A stretch of 42,203 nucleotides of DNA from a bacterium (GTDB lineage: Bacteria; Bacillota_I; Bacilli_A; Acholeplasmatales; Anaeroplasmataceae): positions 1 to 42,203 of the forward strand of contig CAVAIM010000001.1 in the NCBI GenBank assembly GCA_963588755.1. The letters run 5' to 3'. This document shows positions 1-7,359 of the stretch, one piece after another. Under the pieces are notes generated by a model. That model was not told where the DNA came from and made no database searches. It was given only the letters and a program-made list of their open reading frames with translations. Position 1 is the first letter of the stretch. Every line of letters starts with the position of its first letter. The position numbers and the translations under genes are program-made.

Positions 1-53
1 ACTATAAATATGTAAATGCAACAAAATTTATTCAATATGCTACTTCATGTTGT

Positions 54-81
54 TTGCTTATTTTTTTAATTAAACTATAAT
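54..81 (+). promoter_or_regulatory. putative sigma-A promoter of the XRE-family gene (TTGCTT-16 nt-TATAAT)
   Basis: -35 TTGCTT at 54-59 and -10 TATAAT at 76-81. An inverted repeat GCTTAT-N6-ATAAGC at 88-105 lies just downstream. SD GTGAGGA at 110-116 precedes ATG 124. Confidence 0.4.
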
Positions 82-123
82 AAGAAGGCTTATGTATAAA
101 TAAGCGAAAGTGAGGATTATATT

Positions 124-603
124 ATGACTCTTGGAGAAAGAATACAAGATTTACGAAAGAAAAAAGGATATAGTCAAGAAAAACTAGCTGATCATTTAAA
201 TATGTCACGACAAGCTGTTGCTAAATGGGAACAAGATGCTTGTGAACCTAATATTGGTTGCTTGATTTCTATGTCTGAATTGTTTGAAGTTGATTTAGAT
301 TATTTAATTGCTGGAAAGATTAAGGAAAAAACTAGTGAAAAAATAATAGTAAAAGAGAAAGAACACTTGTTAGATAAAATTGATATTATTCTTTTATTGG
401 TTCTTATTATTTCAATTATTTTTTTCTTTGGATTATTCATATATGCCGTATTAAATCCGATGTATTACCATCAAGCATATTCTTTTATATGGTGGTATAT
501 TTACTTTTGGGTATCTTCAGGAACTTTATTTCGTTTTATGGTTCTTATTTCAGTTTTTGGTATAGTTTTCTCACTTTATAATTTTTTAAAAAGGAGAAAA
601 TAG
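124..603 (+). CDS. XRE-family helix-turn-helix transcriptional regulator with C-terminal transmembrane region
   Basis: N-terminus LGERIQDLRKKKGYSQEKLADHLNMSRQAVAKWE is a classic Cro/C1-type HTH. The C-terminal ~70 aa are strongly hydrophobic (IILLLVLIISIIFFFGLFIYAVL; FMVLISVFGIVFSLY), consistent with 2-3 TM helices. Confidence 0.85.
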   Translation: MTLGERIQDLRKKKGYSQEKLADHLNMSRQAVAKWEQDACEPNIGCLISMSELFEVDLDYLIAGKIKEKTSEKIIVKEKEHLLDKIDIILLLVLIISIIFFFGLFIYAVLNPMYYHQAYSFIWWYIYFWVSSGTLFRFMVLISVFGIVFSLYNFLKRRK

Positions 604-606
604 GAT

Positions 607-681
607 ATGATATTTAAAGTATGTTTATTGATTACAACACTCTTAAGTGCAGGAATTACTTCAGCAACGACTATATGTTAA
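607..681 (+). CDS. hypothetical 24-aa hydrophobic micropeptide (MIFKVCLLITTLLSAGITSATTIC)
   Basis: ATG at 607 lies 10 nt after AGGAG (592-596), and the stop TAA is at 679-681. It sits 3 nt after the regulator stop and before the terminator at 694-744. It is not in the ORF track (too short) and has no homology support. Confidence 0.3.
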   Translation: MIFKVCLLITTLLSAGITSATTIC

Positions 682-693
682 GGATAAAATGAT

Positions 694-744
694 ATGAACA
701 ATTTGGATGCAGTTAAAATGTACAATAATTGTTCATGTTTTTTT
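694..744 (+). terminator. rho-independent terminator (10-bp perfect stem, long loop, T-run)
   Basis: ATGAACAATT (694-703) pairs perfectly with AATTGTTCAT (727-736). A G plus a T7 run (738-744) follows. Confidence 0.6.
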
Positions 745-771
745 ATTTATTATATAATTTGATAAATCCAT

Positions 772-800
772 TTGAAATAGAGTGTAACACGTGTTACAAT
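772..800 (+). promoter_or_regulatory. sigma-A promoter (TTGAAA-17 nt-TACAAT) with embedded perfect 16-bp palindromic operator
   Basis: -35 TTGAAA at 772-777 and -10 TACAAT at 795-800. The palindrome TGTAACACGTGTTACA at 783-798 spans the spacer and the -10. An extra half-site ATGTTACA at 814-821 overlaps the start codon. Confidence 0.55.
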
Positions 801-820
801 TTGATTAAGGGTGATGTTAC

Positions 821-1678
821 ATGTTTTATGATTTAAATAAAGATATTAGATATACGAAAACTGTGTTAAATATGAATGATACTTCTATTTCAGAATTTTT
901 TGGTGTTTCAAGGATGACTTTGTCAAGATGGCAAAATGGAACGTCTCGCCCAAATATTGATACATTAAATAAAATATATAATACAATTTATAAGTCGGGT
1001 ATTAATTTGAATAGAATTAAAGAAGAAATGCATATGTCTAGTATGAAAGATAATCACGTGTTATTATTTCATGGCGCAAAGACAGAAATCAGTGGAGAAC
1101 CTAGTATAGAATATAGTAACGGAAAGAAAGATTTTGGTAAGGGATTTTATCTTGGCGAATCTTTTAATCAAGCTGCAAGCTTTGTCGTTGGATATGAAAA
1201 TTCTTCAGTATATCTATTTGATTTTGATAAATCTAATGTGAGTATCAAGGAATACAATGTATCAAAAGAATGGATGATATTAATTGCTTATTTCAGAGGT
1301 AAACTTGATAGATATAAGGATTCTAAATATCTTAATGAACTATTAGATACCTTAAAGAATGTTGATGTAGTAATTGCACCTATCGCAGATAATACAATGT
1401 ACACTACATTAGATGATTTTATTGAAGGAAAGATAACTGATTTACAATGTTTGAATGCCCTGTCTGCTAATAGACTTGGAAGACAATATGTATTTTTAAA
1501 TGATTCAATTATTAAAAACAATTTAAAAATGATTGAAAGATGTTTTTATTCTGCTTTAGAGAAAAAAGATTATTTAGAATATAGATATAAAGAAAACGAA
1601 ATTGGTAAGAATAAAGTAATACTTGCATTAAGAGAATATGCAGGTAAAGGAAGTTATATTGAGGAATTGTTAAAATGA
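821..1678 (+). CDS. fusion protein: N-terminal XRE-like HTH plus DUF3990-like domain
   Basis: The HTH-like segment is SISEFFGVSRMTLSRWQNGTSRPN. Downstream landmarks LLFHGA, DFGKGFYLGESFNQA, IAPIADN and RQYVF match my recollection of the DUF3990 family. The gene overlaps the next gene by ATGA. Confidence 0.8.
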   Translation: MFYDLNKDIRYTKTVLNMNDTSISEFFGVSRMTLSRWQNGTSRPNIDTLNKIYNTIYKSGINLNRIKEEMHMSSMKDNHVLLFHGAKTEISGEPSIEYSNGKKDFGKGFYLGESFNQAASFVVGYENSSVYLFDFDKSNVSIKEYNVSKEWMILIAYFRGKLDRYKDSKYLNELLDTLKNVDVVIAPIADNTMYTTLDDFIEGKITDLQCLNALSANRLGRQYVFLNDSIIKNNLKMIERCFYSALEKKDYLEYRYKENEIGKNKVILALREYAGKGSYIEELLK

Positions 1679-2133
1679 AGGATACTGATTTAATTAAGTG
1701 TAGATTTGTATCAAACTTGTTTGAATATGCAAGTAAGGTTAAAGAGGGATCATCTAAGATATTTATTAAAGCTTTTGTTTATTCAGCAATATCAAATCGT
1801 ATATCAAATGACGCATTTTTAATAGATTCATTTGATGTTAGTTATGCATATGAATCTATTAAGAAAGAGAAAGTGTTGAATAAAGGATGTGAAACATATC
1901 CTACATATATAATGTCATGGATTGGATATATTATGGAGTATTTCACACTAAATACAGGTATATCTTTAAAAATATTGTATAAGCATGTAAAACCAGAAGA
2001 ATTATATATGTTATATGAGTCATATCATTCATTAGATAATGATGAAGTTGTGAATAGATTATTAGAGGCTCATAATATAAATAGAAATTTAAATGATGTA
2101 GACTTAATGAAAAAAATATATAAAACTCAATAG
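1675..2133 (+). CDS. DUF3791-like protein (usual partner of DUF3990)
   Basis: There is a 4-nt overlap with the upstream gene. The C-terminal EELYMLYESYHSLDNDEVVNRLLE resembles the DUF3791 signature. The assignment comes from memory of the family and its genomic pairing. Confidence 0.6.
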   Translation: MKDTDLIKCRFVSNLFEYASKVKEGSSKIFIKAFVYSAISNRISNDAFLIDSFDVSYAYESIKKEKVLNKGCETYPTYIMSWIGYIMEYFTLNTGISLKILYKHVKPEELYMLYESYHSLDNDEVVNRLLEAHNINRNLNDVDLMKKIYKTQ

Positions 2134-2155
2134 ATATGTGAAAACCTTTTCACTC

Positions 2156-2184
2156 TTAAAATTATTGTTATTATGTGTTATAGT
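2156..2184 (+). promoter_or_regulatory. putative extended -10 promoter (TTAAAA-17 nt-TGtTATAGT)
   Basis: TG at 2176-2177, -10 TATAGT at 2179-2184 and a weak -35 TTAAAA at 2156-2161. It lies upstream of the enzyme-I-like gene. Confidence 0.35.
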
Positions 2185-2213
2185 TAGAAATATATCTAAA
2201 GGAAGTATTTATT

Positions 2214-3731
2214 ATGTATAAACTTATAGGAAATGTAATTTCTGAAGGCGTAGCTTATGGTAATATAGTTAAGATTAATAATGATAATTTATTTGTATCT
2301 GAAAGAACTTGTAAAGATATAGCTTATGAAAAGGAAGAAATTAGAAAAGCCTTAAAAATAGTAGTAGCTGATTTAAAAGAATTAAGAGATACTTGTAAAG
2401 ATGATTTTCTAGACGCTCATATAATGATTCTTGAAGATAAGACATTAATTGATGAAATAGATAAAGAAATAGATGAACATAATTATGAAGCTAGTAAGGC
2501 TTGTGATATTGTATTTAATAAATATATTAAACAATTTATGAGCTTTGATAGTACTTATTTAGAGGAACGTAATCTAGATTTTAAGGATTTAAGAAGAAGA
2601 GTATTAAGAACATTAAATAAAGATTATGTTGCATCTCTTGAACATGATAAGGTTATTTTAGTATGTGAAGAATTATATCCTAGTTATCTATCTGATTTTA
2701 GATCTACTGTTGCAGGAGTGATTGCTAAAAAAGGTGGAACTACAAGTCATGGTGCAATCTTGTGTCGCGCAAGAGAAATACCTTTTATTGTAGTTGATGA
2801 TATTAATATAGCTGATAATTCTTTAGTTGTTATAGATACTAGAGAAAAAACTTGTTATATTGATTGCGAAGAGGGATTTATAAATAAGTATATTGATTAT
2901 AAGAAATCTATATCAGCTAGAGTAAGAATTAGAGATTTCTCAGAACAAGGTATAAAGATATTTGGTAATGTATCTGAAAATAAAGATTTATATAAGGTAA
3001 GAAAATATAAGTTACATGGTGTAGGTTTATATAGAACTGAATTTATATTTATGAATAAGTCACGTGCTTTAACACAAGATGAACAATATCAAATATATAA
3101 TGATGCAGTACTAGAGATGAAGCAACGTCCTATTACATTTAGAACTTTTGATATAGGTGATGATAAGCAATTATCTTATTTAAAGGCTGATAAGAAGGGT
3201 ATTAGAAATTATAAGAATTATCCGGATTTGTTTAAGGATCAAGTAGTTGCCTTAATTAAAGCTAATAGATATCAAAATATGCGTATTATGTTTCCGATGA
3301 TTGAATCTCAAGAAGAGTTTAGATATTTAAAAGATTTAGTTGTTAAATATAAAAATGAATTAGGAAATAAATCATATTTAAAAATAGGTATGATGTTAGA
3401 AACTAAGGAAGCATTAAAGAACTTATCTAGTTTTATTGATGTAGATTTTATCTCTTTAGGTACTAATGACCTAACTCATGAACTATATAATATTGATAGA
3501 TCTGAAATGTCTAACTATAAGGTTTATATTGAAGATTTAATTAAAGAACTAGAACGTGTAGTAAATCATTGCAAGACTTATAATATTGATTTATCTATAT
3601 GTGGTGAACTTGCGGGAATACCTGAGGTTACTAATAAATTACTTGAAATTGGTATTAGGAACTTCTCAGTTTCAGCTCCTTTATCTAAGGGTGTAGAAGC
3701 TTCTATTGTTAAATATTATAATTTAAAATAA
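2214..3731 (+). CDS. ptsI: phosphoenolpyruvate-protein phosphotransferase (PTS enzyme I) homologue, compact 505-aa form
   Basis: The phospho-His motif is GGTTSHGAILCRA (His179). EI C-domain motifs are all present: YRTEFIF, FRTFDIGDDK, MFPMI, MMLETKEA, LGTNDLT and ICGELAG. It is about 70 aa shorter than canonical EI, and no ptsH or EII gene lies nearby. Confidence 0.75.
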   Translation: MYKLIGNVISEGVAYGNIVKINNDNLFVSERTCKDIAYEKEEIRKALKIVVADLKELRDTCKDDFLDAHIMILEDKTLIDEIDKEIDEHNYEASKACDIVFNKYIKQFMSFDSTYLEERNLDFKDLRRRVLRTLNKDYVASLEHDKVILVCEELYPSYLSDFRSTVAGVIAKKGGTTSHGAILCRAREIPFIVVDDINIADNSLVVIDTREKTCYIDCEEGFINKYIDYKKSISARVRIRDFSEQGIKIFGNVSENKDLYKVRKYKLHGVGLYRTEFIFMNKSRALTQDEQYQIYNDAVLEMKQRPITFRTFDIGDDKQLSYLKADKKGIRNYKNYPDLFKDQVVALIKANRYQNMRIMFPMIESQEEFRYLKDLVVKYKNELGNKSYLKIGMMLETKEALKNLSSFIDVDFISLGTNDLTHELYNIDRSEMSNYKVYIEDLIKELERVVNHCKTYNIDLSICGELAGIPEVTNKLLEIGIRNFSVSAPLSKGVEASIVKYYNLK

Positions 3732-3738
3732 AATTTGA

Positions 3739-3773
3739 ATCTTAAGAGTTAATTCTCTTAGGATTTTTCTTTT
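3739..3773 (+). terminator. rho-independent terminator
   Basis: ATCTTAAGAG (3739-3748) pairs with CTCTTAGGAT (3755-3764) with one G-U pair and loop TTAATT. TTTTCTTTT follows. Confidence 0.7.
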
Positions 3774-3828
3774 AATATAAGATAAACTTAAGTATAATAT
3801 AGGTAATTTAGAAAAGAAAAGGAATTAC

Positions 3829-6315
3829 ATGAAAATGAAAAGAAAAAGAATAATACTAGGCTGTGTTATATTAGGGCTTGCATCTTTATCAAGCTGTGTA
3901 AGAATTGATAAAGAAGATGACTCGACTAGTAAGACAAGTGAAAACTCTAAACCTAATTCAAGTAGTACGAATAAGGAAAGTTCTACTCTAAGTGGAGAAA
4001 CTAGTAGTACAACTAGTGAGACTACAACAAATAATAGTACTACAACAGAAACTCAAAACACTACTGAGACTACAACTACTCATGAAGAAAAGTATACAGT
4101 TAACTTTATGGTGAATGGAGAGATTAGTGAAGTTGTTGTTAAAAAAGGAAATAAGGTAGTAGCGCCAGCCGCTCCTTCAAAAACAGGCTATACTTTTAAG
4201 GGTTGGTATACAAATACTAGTGGTCTAGGAGAAGCTTATGATTTCAATACTTTAATTGAAAGTGATATTACCTTATTTGCAATCTTTGTTAAAGATGCGA
4301 CTAAGTATACTATAACATTTGATATTGATGGTGAGCTACAAACCCAAACAGTAGTTGAAAATAGTAAGGCAATAGAACCATCCGCTCCTTCAAAGACTGG
4401 TTATACTTTCAAGGGTTGGTATAAGTCAAGTGACGGAAGTGGTGAAGCTTATAATTTCAACAGTTCTGTAACATCAAGTTTTACTTTATATGCAATCTTT
4501 GAAAAAGATCCTGTTAAATATACTGTTACATTTAATGTTGATGGGGTTACATCAAGTAAAACAGTTCTTGAAAATAATAAAGTAGAAAAACCAGCAGACC
4601 CTAGTAAGGATGGCTATACATTTAAGGGTTGGTATGAGAATTTAAGTGATAGTGTTGAATTTGATTTTGATACTGAGATTACATCAAATATTACATTATA
4701 TGCTAAATTCGAAGAAACTTTAAAAGATGTATATTCTTCTTATGAAGAAGGATTATATGTTGAATGGGATGATACTAGTTTGGACAATGTATCAGTTTAC
4801 TATAAGAAGACAAGTGATGATACATATACTAAAGTAGATTCTGAATTAATTAGATTAGATAAGACTACATCAAGAGTTAGAGCTGATATTGTAGGTCTTG
4901 AAAAAGGAGAATATCAAATTAAATATATCAAGTCTGATACTACTTCTTATGTAACAAGTGCCTTAAATGTAAGTAACTATGATAGATCAGGTTATGCACA
5001 TTATAATTATTCATCAGATTCTACAGGTGTAGATGTATCAGAAGGTATTGGTGCATATACAAATAGTGGTGTATTAAAGAGTGATACTACTGTAGTATAT
5101 GTAACTGATGAAACTAAGAATACTGTAACTGCAGATATTGCAGGAAAGTCTTATACGGGTATATCTTCAATACTTCAAGCTCAAAAGAATTCTAAGACTC
5201 CACTTAATATTAGAATCATTGGTTCTATAAATGCAGCTACTTGGAATACGATTGATTATAAAGTTAATGGTGTTACAGCTATTACTCCTGATTTAGTTAT
5301 TGGTGCAAATGGTAAGGCACTAGAGAAAAAGAGTTATGATGAGAGTGAAATTATTGAAGCAGGATATAATACACTTCAAACTAACTATACAAAGTTAAAT
5401 GGATTAACTAATAAGATTAAATATGATTCTAGTAAAAAGGAATTTGATAGTTATTATAATATGCTTGATGTTAAGAACGCTATGAATGTAACTGTTGAAG
5501 GTATAGGAGAAGACGCAACTATATTCCAATGGGGATTCACTTGGAAGAGTTCATCATCAATTGAAGTTAGAAATTTAATATTTGATGACTATACAGAAGA
5601 TGCATGTTCATTTGAGGGTTCTGATGATTCTAAAACTTTAAGTGGATTTAAGAGTGGACATATCTGGATTCATAATAATCAATTTAATGAAGGTATGAAT
5701 TATTGGGATGTATGTAATGAACAAGATAAACATGATGGTGATGGTGCAACTGACTTTAAGAAGAATGCATTTATTACTTTATCATATAATCATTATATTA
5801 AGAACCATAAGACTGGTTTAGTTGGTGGTAGTAACTCACAACATACAGCTTGTATTACATTCCATCATAATTATTATGAAGAATGTCAATCTCGTTTACC
5901 TTTAGCTCGTCAAGCTAATATGCATATGTATAATAACTACTATTATAAATCATCAAGTTATTCAATGAGTATTCGTGCAAATGGTTATGCATTCCTTGAG
6001 AACAATTATTTTGAAGGTGGACAAAATCCATACGAACTACAAACTGATTCATCTAATGGTAATGGATATGTAAAAGCATTAAATAATGTATTTGATAATG
6101 TTAATGTTAATGGTGATACATACTATGCGGTTAATAATGTATCTTCTAGACTAGAAACTGTAACTAATACTAATATATATTCAACTACATTTGATACTGA
6201 TTCTAGTGTTTTCTATTTTGATGATGTAAACAAGGTTAGTAAAGTAGAAGTACTTGATACAGCTGATAAGGCTAAAGAGAATTGTTTAAAGTATGCAGGT
6301 GTGCATAAGAAATAA
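3829..6315 (+). CDS. surface lipoprotein: S/T-rich linker, three Listeria-Bacteroides repeats, C-terminal PL1-family pectate lyase-like domain
   Basis: The signal peptide has lipobox LSSC (Cys23), followed by a Ser/Thr-rich aa 30-85 and three GYTFKGWY repeats. The C-terminal beta-helix motifs are HIWIHNNQF, DGDGATDFKKNAFITLSYNHY..HKTGLVGGS, ITFHHNYY..CQSRLPLARQANMHMYNNYY, typical of pectate lyase family 1. Confidence 0.8.
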   Translation: MKMKRKRIILGCVILGLASLSSCVRIDKEDDSTSKTSENSKPNSSSTNKESSTLSGETSSTTSETTTNNSTTTETQNTTETTTTHEEKYTVNFMVNGEISEVVVKKGNKVVAPAAPSKTGYTFKGWYTNTSGLGEAYDFNTLIESDITLFAIFVKDATKYTITFDIDGELQTQTVVENSKAIEPSAPSKTGYTFKGWYKSSDGSGEAYNFNSSVTSSFTLYAIFEKDPVKYTVTFNVDGVTSSKTVLENNKVEKPADPSKDGYTFKGWYENLSDSVEFDFDTEITSNITLYAKFEETLKDVYSSYEEGLYVEWDDTSLDNVSVYYKKTSDDTYTKVDSELIRLDKTTSRVRADIVGLEKGEYQIKYIKSDTTSYVTSALNVSNYDRSGYAHYNYSSDSTGVDVSEGIGAYTNSGVLKSDTTVVYVTDETKNTVTADIAGKSYTGISSILQAQKNSKTPLNIRIIGSINAATWNTIDYKVNGVTAITPDLVIGANGKALEKKSYDESEIIEAGYNTLQTNYTKLNGLTNKIKYDSSKKEFDSYYNMLDVKNAMNVTVEGIGEDATIFQWGFTWKSSSSIEVRNLIFDDYTEDACSFEGSDDSKTLSGFKSGHIWIHNNQFNEGMNYWDVCNEQDKHDGDGATDFKKNAFITLSYNHYIKNHKTGLVGGSNSQHTACITFHHNYYEECQSRLPLARQANMHMYNNYYYKSSSYSMSIRANGYAFLENNYFEGGQNPYELQTDSSNGNGYVKALNNVFDNVNVNGDTYYAVNNVSSRLETVTNTNIYSTTFDTDSSVFYFDDVNKVSKVEVLDTADKAKENCLKYAGVHKK
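4090..4716 (+). repeat. three tandem ~71-aa coding repeats (Listeria-Bacteroides / Flg_new-type repeat)
   Basis: The units are KYTVNF...GYTFKGWY...LFAIF, then KYTITF...GYTFKGWY...LYAIF, then KYTVTF...GYTFKGWY...LYAKF. They cover aa 88-158, 159-229 and 230-296. Confidence 0.85.
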
Positions 6316-6332
6316 TTAAATATTTATATAGC

Positions 6333-6374
6333 AAAAGAACCAGTAGATACTTGATACCTGCTGGTTCTTTTATT
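6333..6374. terminator. bidirectional terminator between convergent genes
   Basis: AAAAGAACCAG (6333-6343) pairs with CTGGTTCTTTT (6361-6371). The A-run on one side and T-run on the other allow it to work on both strands. Confidence 0.7.
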
Positions 6375-6400
6375 ATGAGTTTTAAATTTTTGAAAAAGAC

Positions 6401-7321
6401 TTAATATTTTATTTTGAAATAGTCGAGATAACTTTTCATTATATCTTGTGCAAATAAACAGGTATCTATTAAATATCCCTTTTCGGTGTTCCATTCTTTT
6501 AGACCTCTATAATAGAATGCTTTATATTGATCGGTGATTAAAATCGGAACAATATTATGTTTTAAACACTCCTTAAGCATAATTAGTCTTCCCACTCTAC
6601 CATTTCCATCTTGGAAAGGATGGATTGTTTCAAAACGATAATGAAATTCTATTATATTTTCTAAAGATACATTTTGAATATTATTGTACCAATTAAGTAA
6701 ATCAATTATTTTTGATTTAACTTCGCCGGGCTTTGCGGTTTCTTTGCCCCCAACTTCATTATCTATCATCTTATAATCTCCAACCTTAAACCAAGTCTTT
6801 AAAGAATCAGTGGTTCCGGATTTTAAAATAAAATGAAATTGTTTTATTAATGATTCACTTAATTTTGAATTTGCTGAATCAATGGCTAAATCTATACATC
6901 TAAAATGATTTATTGTTTCGATAATATCATCGACTTTAATGGACTCTTTTTCAATACCTATAGTTTTAGTTTCAAATATATATCTTGTTTGGTCGTATGT
7001 AAGTGTACTTCCTTCAATGTGGTTAGAGTTATAAGTCATATCAACTTGTAACTTATGATAAATACCACCCTTTAAAGACAAACCTTTTTCCCTCTTAAGA
7101 GTTTCAAGTAAAGTAACTTCCTTTACAGAATGACGTGTTTGTCTTTCTGGTTTTTCAGCATTATCAGGAATTAACCATGATTTTTTATCTAGAATTGCAC
7201 CGGGAACCCTACCCTTATTACAATAATCCCTAACGCTTCTTTCTGATATATTCCATTTCTTTGAAACTTCTGATACATTTAAATATTTCAATATATCACC
7301 TACTTTATTATATATTATCAT
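6401..7321 (-). CDS. Fic-family protein (putative AMPylase) with N-terminal HTH and intramolecular inhibitory motif
   Basis: The Fic motif HPFQDGNGRVGR is at 6587-6622 and the inhibitory-helix motif SNHIEG ([ST]xxxE[GN]) at 7010-7027. The N-terminal LNVSEVSKKWNISERSVRDYCNKGRVPGA is HTH-like. The start is uncertain: ATG 7321 has no SD, whereas TTG at 7291 has AGGTGAT (7301-7295) at ideal spacing. Confidence 0.85.
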   Translation of the reverse strand: MIIYNKVGDILKYLNVSEVSKKWNISERSVRDYCNKGRVPGAILDKKSWLIPDNAEKPERQTRHSVKEVTLLETLKREKGLSLKGGIYHKLQVDMTYNSNHIEGSTLTYDQTRYIFETKTIGIEKESIKVDDIIETINHFRCIDLAIDSANSKLSESLIKQFHFILKSGTTDSLKTWFKVGDYKMIDNEVGGKETAKPGEVKSKIIDLLNWYNNIQNVSLENIIEFHYRFETIHPFQDGNGRVGRLIMLKECLKHNIVPILITDQYKAFYYRGLKEWNTEKGYLIDTCLFAQDIMKSYLDYFKIKY

Positions 7322-7359
7322 TTTGCGGCAATCTATTCAATAATTTGTGGCTCAAAGAC

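Noticed and set aside
1288-1521. 77-aa minus-strand ORF inside the DUF3990-like gene (also 23414-23602, 24156-24350, 24862-25074)
   Set aside because: These are short antisense or terminator-spanning frames without ribosome-binding sites, lying inside better-supported genes or regulatory regions.
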